Source of the DNA: Craspedostauros australis
Taxonomy: Eukaryota
Length of the DNA: 52,712 nt
Assembly (NCBI GenBank): GCA_030167865.1
Contig: JALAGF010005707.1
Coordinates: forward strand, 1-52,712
Direction: 5' to 3'
The translations under genes were made by a program, and so were the position numbers. A model generated the notes under the pieces. That model was not told where the DNA came from, ran no database searches, and saw only the letters and a list, made by a program, of their open reading frames with translations. Each line of letters opens with the position of its first letter. Position 1 is the stretch's first letter. Below are positions 23,801 to 33,227 of this stretch, piece by piece.

Positions 23801-26800
23801 GTACAGCGAGGAGTACATGAAGGCGAAGAAACACGGTGTAGACACGAGCAAGAGCTATTACGAGATACCGCACTGGATGAACCTGTCCTTCATCGCCTAC
23901 GACAGCGAAGAGGAGCCGCTGGTGTATGATCAAGCACCGGCTGGCAGCAGCCTTGGAGCCACGCAATCCCCGCCTCCCTCTTCCCAAAGGCTCGCAGACT
24001 CGGACAGAATGATCAGCGGCTTCCAATCACCGCGTCGTGGCGGAACCATGTCAGATCGGCCCAATTCGAGGCCTGCCAGCCCGACGCTGAGAGTCAAAGT
24101 CCCCTCTGCTTTTCCGCTCGCAGGCAGCACTTTCGGACCGCGGAAACAGGAAATCATGACGCAAGAGCGGCAGCTGATCTCAGGACGGAGCTTCCGCGAT
24201 ATTCTCGAGGCATGCCGCCCAAGGTTGAGCGGAGACTCGCTGCCATCCGCGTTGTCTATGCTGCTGAAGGCGCATATGTACGCAACAGGAATTAGTGAAG
24301 GCAAATCGCCCAAGTCCCTCAAACAGATCTTCCAAGAAAAGTCGGACAGGTTCCACGGATGGAGCGAGTGGGGTACAATGACGGTCGCGGACGTCGTGAC
24401 ACGGATGAAAGAGGTCAAGCGGCAGAACAGAATCCAGCGATTGATCTTACGGGACAGCTCGAGAGGATCGCCTCTGGACGATTTCAGCGATAGCGTGTCC
24501 ATCGCGTCTGGCGCTGCAAGTCAGCTGTCGAGTATGTATGGGATGTCATTCGACGGCAGCACGTGGATGCGATCGGGCTCGCCCAGCACAAAGTTCTCCT
24601 CGGTGCTTCAAATCCAGCGATCTCCGTCATTGGAATTCGACACGGTCCACAAAGACTCGACAGCTCACAAATTCGATGATACCGACAGCACGCACAGCGA
24701 TGATGATCGATCCAACGGATCTGCAAGCACTATCCGTAGCGCCATGGATGCTCGATTCCAGGATGGCAACAACACCAGCAATCACCAACGTTCCAAACCG
24801 GCACCGCACGGGCCGGCAAAGGAGACGCATGCCGAACGCTTGAGGCGGATCATGCGCTCGCGCGATTCGAATTACTTCAAGTGCAGCAGGATCAAAGACG
24901 TCGAGAGCAAGGATGTGGACCTAATGTATCCCGATTCTGATCTTGTCGTTGATAAAGGCGTTGCAGATACGAACAAGGAAACCGAGAATGGCGCTGCTAC
25001 TGGCGGCGTTGGTGGTCTCAGAGCGGCACTTTCGCAGTACTCCAACGATCAGCCATTCGGCTCCGAGCCCAATTCTAACCCCAACGTCAATGCGAGCAGT
25101 ACGAACATGAGCAGCAACAACAGCCACGGCAGCGCTGCGCAATTGCCAGCAACGGCGGCGGGGTACGATCCTGACATGTCTCGAGGTGGGATCCAAACCT
25201 ACAGCACCAACGCCATGCTGCAGAACCGTCCAATGCAAAGACAGATGTCGAACTGGGAGCGTCGTTCGTCGTCACCATCACCGTTGGCACTTGCGGCGGG
25301 CGTAAAGGCAGGTGGGATATCAGATGCTCCGCAGGCACCGTCGGGGTTGCCCCACAGACTGATTCCACCGAATGGAGGCAACATCATGAAGGGGCCGCCG
25401 CCCACCATCTCAGGTCCTCGGCAGTTTCCGATGCGAGCAGGGCCCTCCAGCCGCGCGGCATCCGCGGGTGACATACAGCAGAACACGCGCATTCCCACAG
25501 TGTTCGGATCGGTGAATGTCACCAACAGGGCGTACAACCATGTTCAGCCTCAGGTTCAGCAGTCCCTCGCGAACGGCCCTGCGCCCGCCCTCTCTGGCCA
25601 GGCCACATTTCCTGTGCGATTGGTACCAGCAGGACCAGCGGCGACGTCTTCCGTCAATGCGACCAACCGCCGAGGGTTGATGACGGATGGATCAAGAATG
25701 CCAAAGACCAAGAAGATTGCCATAAAACGAACGGAACCAGGTCTCGGGCGTCCCCAGCCAACCAGTCCCGATGAAAAGGCGAAGGGGACCAAGCAGAACA
25801 GGAGCACCCACTCCAGCCGAACTGTAGCCGGGTCTCCTGCTTCAAGTCCACCAAGCATACGAAGTCGTGGGATTGTGGACGCATCGAGGCGGCACAACTC
25901 CAGTCCCATTTCCAGAGCAGCATCGCAACGTCGACGCACAACGAAATCAAAGAGCGAACGTGCCGTCAACCCATTTCGACAGAGCGATGAGGACGTGGTG
26001 ATTGCAATCAAGAGTCACAATCGCAGACGGTGGAGTCACGTCTTCCCCGCCGGGGAGGTGGAATTCAAGCGCCATGCCGGTCCCAACTGGAAGAGCCTCA
26101 CAGCACCAGCCATCCTGCCATTGTCCATCGACCATTTGCCATCCGCACTGGAATTCCGCGGCTACACAACCGGTTTCCACAGTGTCTCCATGGAGGGAGT
26201 CGAGAAGTCGCAGTACACCTCGCACGCAGAGCTGCTAATGGAGATGGTGCGGCAAAGGCTGACACATGACTACCAGCTGGTGACCGAAGCCGCAGTGAAG
26301 CAGAGCAGCGCGAGTGGTGAGCACCAGCGGCATTTGACGGCGTCTGACAGAACCGCTGGCCAGATGCAGCACAACCGGCCCAACCATCACATGCATTCGT
26401 TCGTGCCCACGCAGTCGGTCATTCCACGCCAGTCACCCGGCGTGATGACGCACATCCTGAGCATGGGCCATCGCATCCAGCAGCTCACCTGGGATGCTCG
26501 GACGGATGGAATCGAAATCTTGACGTACAGTAGGAAGGGTACGGCCAACGATGAATCCAACAAGTTCACGTACAACTTCCTCATGTACTCGCCCATCACC
26601 CAAAGCTACTGGAGGTCGCAGCAGACGTTCAAGAAGTACGCTGATCCGTACAAGTTCTCCAAATTCGATCAAATGTTAGCTGGTCATGAGAATCCTGGTG
26701 TGGAGGAGGGCATGAGATTTCGTCGAGTCGTGTACGGCATGGTCCCGGAAAGGTTCCGCAACCACACTGAGGAGCAGGCATACATCGCGCGATTCCTCCG

Positions 26801-27899
26801 CCTCGTTGAATACTTGAACAAGCTGCGGCAAAAGGATGCTTCGAAGGCACCTTTCAGTGTGCGAATCGTGTCGAGCAGGGACGAGAACAGCCAATGGCCT
26901 GACGAAGTGTCGACCATGAAGAGAACAACGTTCGATTCCATGATACGGCTGAACGTGCCATTGCGGCAGGGGAAACTGGGTGCATTCGAATGGTTGGAGC
27001 TGGCAGCTGATGCTGTGTTCGACACCAACAGATCGTACCGCATCATGTTCAGTTGGCTCGTTGCCAGTTCTGCCAAGGTCGAGGCGCAGCTGCAGATGGT
27101 GAAGCGACGGTGCTCGCAGTACGGGCTGAACCTGACGACCTTCCCCCACATTTCGGTGTCGGAAGATCCCTTCCTCAACGCCTTCGTGGTGCCGCCCTCC
27201 ATCTGCATCAAGGACGCTGCCGTGGCTGATCAAATCGACGACGCATTGGCCAATTCCGTCTTCGTCAATGATGGCGTGTACTTTACGAAGTCTTCCGTAC
27301 TCAGTTGCATCGACGGCAGCGAGGACTACGACTTTTCAAGGGCGAGAGCGCCCAGAAACAAGAAGAAGGCCGACGACGAGAACAAGAAGAGCGCGGGCGT
27401 GAGGCTCACGCGGATTTCCTCGCGTCAATTTGTGCATCGATCCGGCTCGATGTTTGTGCGCAAGCTCCGTGATCAGAAGGGTTGGGTAATACTTGTCGTG
27501 ATACCCAACACCCAGCATTCATCCAGACACGACCTGCCCAAGTACCGAAGGATGCTGCGATCGTCATTCCTTGAGCTGTGTCGGATAATCGAGGACTTGA
27601 AGCAACAGCATCAACGGCGGCAAAGGGAGAAGGAGAAGGAGCAAGAGCAGGCGCAGAAAAGAGAGCGAGAGACCATCCAAGTACAGAAGAAGGAGCGTGA
27701 GGTTGAACAGGAGCAAGCGCTGAAAGGCATGGGTAGCACAGGTGCCAGTGGTAGTGCCAACGACAATGCGAATATTTCTGCCAATACAAATGCCAAGGCG
27801 GAAGCGGAAGCGGACCACCGTCCGAGTGCTTTGACGACAAGAACTACCGATGATGTCGCGATCGACACCAGCCGAAAAGAGGCCAAAGTAGAGGAATAA
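20823..27899 (+). CDS. DEPDC5: GATOR1/SEACIT subunit DEPDC5/Iml1 homologue, ~2358 aa
   Basis: 7.1-kb open frame; first ATG at 20823 (the ORF track start at 20793 is TTG). IML1/SABA motifs: TFRSRSARIVWLVQLSSEMWDY, LYFDRWIRF..LF.KW, HSLTVIFFSRT, GNLLEAIN..LN...LDRDLHRTG. SHEN motifs: RRRWSHVFP, NWKSLTAPAILPL, EMVRQRL..DYQLV, LSMGHRI. CTD motifs: EWLEL..D.VF...RSYRI.FSWLVAS, RQFVHRSG..FV. Confidence 0.93.
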   Translation: MLLTKLLSLNVHDAMTFEGTELCLHPDLFQPSSSAGHPSSASTSLSGIAGSSIKPRLSVASFGGSATGAASSIGGASGAPPIGQSHSDDTSVFGGSRASINANDMSTHNSHHQSHHQSHQHQSSPSQPQQQQQQRAKLAVGDMIEIRIWDPMTKDEIKAATTTTATTTMKMATTSPTSNSTLRRSGITSMPIHSPSLSFSASASASASTSVSIPPPMSASTSTSTPANPLATNNHLSITSSNSSFVDVQVASSSNLSISPGSPPRQSPPSSAASSQTSERRTRHSSIAQTATQGRPRGVSAVSINTQNSLQYSEASSNSRQRQRRSGAQVASPSSTAAPNNDLQSSALPPVFPRSSQRNSNNTTTNNNTTNNNNNNNTASTSGPFSLLRPGGWAFGGSATNNNTNNHNHNNRDENNAITAITTNNSNSNSNSNSNINTNRGRYPPPSRHDNRGIHNPSPFANSQQYRFLPAPPANVSINPLSVFARTGAGGNSSMDQKSPPTSRHVRNFSDVTFDSQATPAFESADPQSPSLQRHQQHYQNQPPHPHQNASQHQPFQHQNLIQHHQPHHQHQAQQQYQQPQQQHQQSPFHRIQPGFVAPHDDIVAADNALNEIMRTHRLRKSFVILVTSKMISTLKGSSRTQISMLRQVADLYELSSYDMVTVHKVHPADEPQVLKKVSVDFVVLMFKDQFLSRADMHMFREAMTGSWIYEGQRLRLEARSADAHAKRIKHGKAVVRSGIVTENTKITFRSRSARIVWLVQLSSEMWDYTSPYMYNQHEDAQYHQHHQQNQQQYQHMASGQPAPAAHHSEPICELYFDRWIRFVETLFAKWKELDVTHSLTVIFFSRTLMHKQESRAGTKDIYGRSYEDNYKTILENETSTDWESLIVSIKEAFVRWPIDLGWDLKTRMPSNAIQGNLLEAINITLNVMQFHFLDRDLHRTGNSIVVISAGNGVFEVDKRLASISYQRMMDNGIGSDMLSLGLPPLHIAPFFLYSEEYMKAKKHGVDTSKSYYEIPHWMNLSFIAYDSEEEPLVYDQAPAGSSLGATQSPPPSSQRLADSDRMISGFQSPRRGGTMSDRPNSRPASPTLRVKVPSAFPLAGSTFGPRKQEIMTQERQLISGRSFRDILEACRPRLSGDSLPSALSMLLKAHMYATGISEGKSPKSLKQIFQEKSDRFHGWSEWGTMTVADVVTRMKEVKRQNRIQRLILRDSSRGSPLDDFSDSVSIASGAASQLSSMYGMSFDGSTWMRSGSPSTKFSSVLQIQRSPSLEFDTVHKDSTAHKFDDTDSTHSDDDRSNGSASTIRSAMDARFQDGNNTSNHQRSKPAPHGPAKETHAERLRRIMRSRDSNYFKCSRIKDVESKDVDLMYPDSDLVVDKGVADTNKETENGAATGGVGGLRAALSQYSNDQPFGSEPNSNPNVNASSTNMSSNNSHGSAAQLPATAAGYDPDMSRGGIQTYSTNAMLQNRPMQRQMSNWERRSSSPSPLALAAGVKAGGISDAPQAPSGLPHRLIPPNGGNIMKGPPPTISGPRQFPMRAGPSSRAASAGDIQQNTRIPTVFGSVNVTNRAYNHVQPQVQQSLANGPAPALSGQATFPVRLVPAGPAATSSVNATNRRGLMTDGSRMPKTKKIAIKRTEPGLGRPQPTSPDEKAKGTKQNRSTHSSRTVAGSPASSPPSIRSRGIVDASRRHNSSPISRAASQRRRTTKSKSERAVNPFRQSDEDVVIAIKSHNRRRWSHVFPAGEVEFKRHAGPNWKSLTAPAILPLSIDHLPSALEFRGYTTGFHSVSMEGVEKSQYTSHAELLMEMVRQRLTHDYQLVTEAAVKQSSASGEHQRHLTASDRTAGQMQHNRPNHHMHSFVPTQSVIPRQSPGVMTHILSMGHRIQQLTWDARTDGIEILTYSRKGTANDESNKFTYNFLMYSPITQSYWRSQQTFKKYADPYKFSKFDQMLAGHENPGVEEGMRFRRVVYGMVPERFRNHTEEQAYIARFLRLVEYLNKLRQKDASKAPFSVRIVSSRDENSQWPDEVSTMKRTTFDSMIRLNVPLRQGKLGAFEWLELAADAVFDTNRSYRIMFSWLVASSAKVEAQLQMVKRRCSQYGLNLTTFPHISVSEDPFLNAFVVPPSICIKDAAVADQIDDALANSVFVNDGVYFTKSSVLSCIDGSEDYDFSRARAPRNKKKADDENKKSAGVRLTRISSRQFVHRSGSMFVRKLRDQKGWVILVVIPNTQHSSRHDLPKYRRMLRSSFLELCRIIEDLKQQHQRRQREKEKEQEQAQKRERETIQVQKKEREVEQEQALKGMGSTGASGSANDNANISANTNAKAEAEADHRPSALTTRTTDDVAIDTSRKEAKVEE

Positions 27900-28456
27900 T
27901 TATGATTGAACATTCGCTAGCGTCTGATCTCGCGACAGCTGTTCGGCGGTCTCATCACAGCGTATGTTTGTTCAACTGTTGTCAACCTCATGATTGCTGC
28001 GTGTAGTCTACAAGTGGGCTACGAGTATTACGTATAGTGGTACTTGCAAATGGTCCGTGGTATGCGCTCCGTTTTCGTTTGCTGCATTATTCCTCGTTCA
28101 ACTTTGCGTTGTTAATGGTCCTTCTCCTGCTCCGTACAGGTGTTGTTCCAGTGGATAGACGAGTGGCTGGCTGGCTGGTCTGGTTGACTGCCTGGTTGCT
28201 CCCGCTGTAATTTCCCAATTGGATTGCGAGCTACACTCCCAACCACCTCGATAGAGTAGAATCCTCTACTCTTGTATAATATTTGTTTTCTTTGCATGCA
28301 CATTCGTTTGTTTCATCATGGCAGATGAGTGCGACACGATCATAAAGAGAGCATTGTGCTCTGCGATATCGCGATTGTGCTGGTGTTGTTGCGTACAGAC
28401 GTGTGTGACGTTGGATAGACGGAGGACATCACACACGAAACAGCATTGTCACACGA

Positions 28457-29203
28457 TCAGATCTCGAGCCTTGTTGGAAAGAGCGAAAGGAGAGTCGAGT
28501 TGGCAGATGCTGCTCTCTTTGCCGATGTTATTGGCGACGACGACATCGCTGATTGTGTGGTTGGTGTTGCTGATCGTGGTGTTGATTCGTTCCCTTCCGA
28601 CGACGGTGACTCCATTATCTTCCTGGCTCGTAATGTCGACGATGACGATGCGTCACCTGTCTCCGCCGCCGCTGTTTCTGACGCTATCCGCTTGACTGCG
28701 AACTCATCGCGGTCGCCAATCACTTTGGCCTCCATCTCGCATCGACGCGTCACCTGTTGATAGAGGGTGGAGATCCATTCCGGATCCGAGTAGTGTCGCT
28801 TCCTCTGACGCTCCTGTTCATTGAGCACGGCTTGGACCGCCGCCTTGCGACACTGCTGGCGTTTCCAGACGCCGTACGGAAGCTTGGCTTCTAATCCGCG
28901 CAGCTCGAGCGGTTCGTGGGAGAATTGGGAGGCGATGGATTGATTCATCACGCGCTGCAGCGTCTTGACGCAGTCCTTGCGGATACGGAGCATATCATTT
29001 TTGCTCATCCAGATCTGCGTCTTCTCGATGATACCCACCGTCGGTATCTCGTGGATGGTGGTTCTGCTGTCGCAGAACTTGACCGTCTTATCCTTTGGGA
29101 TGGTGAGCTCGACCTTGCTGGGCAGTGTTGTCGCTGTGACCGTGACCGTGGGTGTGGCCCCGAGCACTGGCGAGTTGTCGTTGCATACGGAAAGCGGCGG
29201 CAT
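28457..29203 (-). CDS. Uncharacterised protein, 248 aa; member 3 of the VxF/W/GLE family
   Basis: Starts MPPL. Contains KTVKFCDSRTTIHEI...IWMSKNDMLRIRKDC..TL...LRGLE.K...RQQCRKAAVQAVLNEQERQ...DPEWISTLY...C..EA..IG.RD. Confidence 0.88.
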   Translation of the reverse strand: MPPLSVCNDNSPVLGATPTVTVTATTLPSKVELTIPKDKTVKFCDSRTTIHEIPTVGIIEKTQIWMSKNDMLRIRKDCVKTLQRVMNQSIASQFSHEPLELRGLEAKLPYGVWKRQQCRKAAVQAVLNEQERQRKRHYSDPEWISTLYQQVTRRCEMEAKVIGDRDEFAVKRIASETAAAETGDASSSSTLRARKIMESPSSEGNESTPRSATPTTQSAMSSSPITSAKRAASANSTLLSLFPTRLEI

Positions 29204-29626
29204 GGTGTGCTAGTCGTCGTGATGAGGAGCGTTCCTGGAATTATGTGAGAATGTGAGGAAGTGAATGTCCTTGTGTGGGTCTCTGTGCGTGGCTTCGATG
29301 TGGTGGTTGTTGACGCTGCGTTTGACGACGGTCACGTGGATGGGAGAGCAGGCAGCTGATCTCTTGATTATCGTGCTTGTCGTTCCGCCGTGTACTCGGT
29401 GTTCTGTGTACTGACGCTCGTTCAATGCGCACTCGTTTTGTGATGGTCGCAACGAAGCTTCCAACTTGTGTTCTCGAAACTCCAACAGCGTGTTGCTCTG
29501 TTGTGTTATGTTATGTTGCATCAGTAGCAGCAACGTGGAAGAATCCTCGTCTTCGTTCTTGTTTTGAATCGTATTCAATTATGTTCGCAGTGTTTGGTAC
29601 GAGTTGCGTGTTCGAGTTGTACTGGT

Positions 29627-29668
29627 ATGGAGCGTGCAATGGAGCGTGCAATGGAGCGTGCAATGGAG
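29627..29668 (+). repeat. Tandem repeat (ATGGAGCGTGCA) x ~3.5
   Basis: Read directly; lies upstream of the 28457-29203 gene. Confidence 0.9.
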
Positions 29669-29848
29669 TGGAGGTGTGAATACGGCCTGGTCGTGCACGA
29701 TGTGGTGGATGAGGTGGATGAGGTGGATGGAGCAAGGTTGGAAAAAAGACCAGAATGTGGGTGGGAAGCAATGAAACGAAAGGAGAGAGACCAAAGAGAG
29801 AAAGTGGAAAGCAAGCGAAAGAAGGAACCAAGTCGTCGCAATAAGCGG

Positions 29849-29904
29849 CAGTATCAGTGTCAGTATCAGTGTCAGTATCAGCGTCAGTATCAGTGTCAGT
29901 ATCA
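29849..29904 (+). repeat. Tandem repeat (CAGTATCAGTGT) x ~4.5
   Basis: Read directly from the sequence. Confidence 0.9.
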
Positions 29905-31262
29905 CTAAAAATAACAGCAGTGATGCTATGGCTGCGATGATACGGATGGTGGCTGGTCGTTCACCGAATTGATGAATTTGTTGAAACCAAGGCGCAACGA
30001 TTGCGCGAGAAGGATCACGTAACACATGTTTGTCGTGTTTGCTTTTGTGTGTGATGTCTCGTTTTTCGTTGTTTGCGTTGACGGGATTTGTGCACAGTTT
30101 TGGCCACACAAAATTGCTCGAAAGGAACCGAATTTGTGGGCATGTCATGGCCGAAATTTCCGTGGGTTCAATTGTATTCAGCCCCGAATACAATTTATGC
30201 AGGATCCGCGGCTTCCGAACGCAGTTGGTTCACCAGTTCCACAACCAAATTTCTGTGGACGTGGGGTTGATCGCACGACACAACGCGTGAAGCGAAGGCA
30301 ACACGATGGGAAGTCTCTGCCTTGGCCAAGTTTAGCGGAAGGCAACGACGAAGATGACACGAATCGTCGCCCAATCTAACAATACAGGAATCGTGTTGAA
30401 GAGGAAGAGTTTGTGGCGGACGTCTCATGAGGGAATGGTATGAGGTTGCATCGACGAAGACGTTGCATACGAGTAGAGTTCCTCGCCATCTTACTCGTGT
30501 TGCACATTGAAATCCTCTGATGGCCGTCCAGCACATTGTGCTCCTGTTATCCTCCTGTTGTGTCCCTGCCGTGCTCCATAGTACTATTCCGGATATTCAC
30601 GTGAAGACTATGTACTACGTGAGTATGTATGCTACGACAAGGGTGCTTGGTTGCTATCATCATCAAAGACCGATGGCCTCCTGGTGTCGTGTGAAAGAAC
30701 ATATAATACCATCTGTCGTTGACTTCTTTGCGAGGCAGGGCATCCATGAATCTGCTTACCTACGTAGTTGTCTTGTGGAGTATCGCACATGGAATGCTCC
30801 TGTCTTCCATGGCAGCATCTAAAGCAGAGCATGAATGCCTTGGGGAGAAGCGAGGTGGTAATACAAACGCCAGATCTGACATCGGAGCGCAAGGTCCAAT
30901 GTGTGGCTTCGAGAGCCTTGGTTCAAACTACATTCGAAGATTAGCCTTCGCATGAATGTCCACGTCTGGGAACATCCAGACGTGTTTGCTCTCATTTGGC
31001 ACGTTTGAATACACGATTGAGGTTGACTGGTATGATTAACTCTCACACACAACTGCCGCCACGATCTGATACAGGAATGGGTTGCGACGGATCCTTTGCG
31101 CGGTTGTGACAGCAACAACAGCAACAACGAGAACAGGAACGACAATGGCGACGTTTGCCATCACCCCACAACTCAAGGGATAGGAACAGGAGCAACCGAT
31201 CATCCATTCCACTGCGTGCAGCATTTGGACGAGCACAAGAACGCATCCTTTACCCACTATCA

Positions 31263-31288
31263 ATCACTGATCACTGATCACTGATCAC
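31263..31288 (+). repeat. (ATCACTG) x ~3.7 immediately upstream of the 99-aa ORF
   Basis: Read directly; the array generates three TGATCA palindromes. Confidence 0.85.
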
Positions 31289-31300
31289 CAAGGTTGAACC

Positions 31301-31600
31301 ATGAGCAACAACAACAACAGCAACGGCAACAGCGGCAGCAACACGAGCCACATCCAAGGACCGACCCCGGGCCAGAACGACCGAACGACGAGCGTGGACA
31401 GCGCCGCCTTCTTCGAAGCACAAGACGAGTACGATGATTATGATGACTTCGGCCTGTCAGGTGGTGGCGGCGGCGGCGGTGGCAACGCCAAGATCAAGAG
31501 ACGCCAGGATAACCGAGGCGGAAGTGGTGGATCTGGAACGATCTACTCCGCCAAGCACGTCCGGGCGAAGGAAGCACAGCGGAAGACTGGCGGGAAGTAA
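31301..31600 (+). CDS. Small uncharacterised protein, 99 aa: acidic/aromatic patch, Gly run, basic C-terminus
   Basis: Good start context (gaaccATGA) and C/G-ending codon bias. Sequence order is FFEAQDEYDDYDDFG, Gly-rich linker, then GTIYSAKHVRAKEAQRK. Confidence 0.75.
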   Translation: MSNNNNSNGNSGSNTSHIQGPTPGQNDRTTSVDSAAFFEAQDEYDDYDDFGLSGGGGGGGGNAKIKRRQDNRGGSGGSGTIYSAKHVRAKEAQRKTGGK

Positions 31601-33227
31601 AGCGGAGCACGGCGAACTCTCTGCTGGCGCTCTCAGGAGAGTGGAGTAAAATGGAACAAACTGTGAAATCAAACGAGGAACGAACCGACTTACTATACGA
31701 ACAGCTCGTCAAGTGCTGTGCCATACGAGTATTCTATCCGCGTAGATGCCCATGCTCCGCTCTTCTCCGTCCATCGACGAATATGAATCTTGCGAGCGAT
31801 GTCTTGTGTGGATGCCTTCTTGTGGTTTCCTGTGTCTTGTGCCTTCCGTGTTGTGCTTCGGTCATGTTGCTGCATGTGTGCTGTGGGCCAGCCCACGACC
31901 CGCCTCAGATTCCTACTTTCTTGGCACAAGAGCCACACGGAAAGGCCTCTCTCCGTCGATACGAGTGCCATCAGGCACAACTGCTCTGCCAACTGGAGAG
32001 AAAACGAATGGCGCGAACGGGGGCAATGTGGAAAGCAAAAGTAGAATCAATCACGTTCATTGGTCATGGTGACGAGAGACACAAAGAGAAAGGGAGAATG
32101 GCAGCAACACAAGACCGAAGCAAGTCAGAGCGCAGCGAGAAGGCTATTGCGAAAAGATACTGGTGATCGAGGGGGCGCAACGAACGGCGTTCCGGTGGTG
32201 GTATCATTGTGCTGCTCGGACATCCTGTGCAGGAATCTTGATTTCCCATCCAAGATGTCGTCTCACTGTGCCAAGGTGAAACCAACCACGGAGAGACACG
32301 CAGGCTGGGCACCATGCGGGACAACTGAACACGCGAGCCAGAACAGCATCACACCGGCTGCTCTGCGGGGATGCATACGTACTCCACACTTTATGAGACC
32401 ACCGTGATGTTTCAACATGAGTGTGCAGGAAGGTACGCGTGCTGCTGTGGCATGGCATTATAGATCGTACCAGAGTCGTACAATACAAACAAAACATACA
32501 CTGCCTTGCCATGCTTCACTCCGCCTGACTCCTGCATGGCTATGTTCGACTGTGCGATCTGCCCCACCATGCTCTACGCTTGGCTCATTTGTGCCGCGCT
32601 CCGCCACCATTCGCCGACTCGTGTTTCCTTTTGATCATGTCACTGCAGAGAACGATCTTCGGTTCGCATGCGTACGACCCAGTGGGCGTGTAGCGAATGG
32701 GTGCACCACTTCTTTCAATCACGGATGCAGAAGGGCTTTTGCGCCATGTTCACGTCCCTTCTTGTCCGTCTTGGTCGGTTCGTTCCCCTCTGACCAGTGA
32801 AAGAGCTGTTGCAGAGCACACGGCCGTGGGAGAGGCCGGTTGACACTTGTGCCATACGAGCCATGCAGATGCGGATCGCAACGAGTCCTCGTCCACCACA
32901 GGTGTGGCACCATCCGAGCACCACCCGAAGCTCAGGGTGAGGCAAGCTCGTCTTCGCTGCCGTGTGGTGCACGCGAAAGTGAAAAAGCCCAACCATCAGC
33001 TCCGTCACCGGTCCATCATGCTCGTTTGCTCCTTACGTACCAGTGCTCTGTGGTCCCTATCCATTTCAGTGCATCTGCATCTGCGATTGAAATTGTACAG
33101 TAACTGTGTAACTGTAACCTGTGCTCTAGCCGTATCTATTGGTAACCTCTGGCATCTCTCTACGCGCACGGATGCGCATGCATGACATTTGACCTCTGTC
33201 AACCTTCCCGGGCCGATTACTGCGTTG

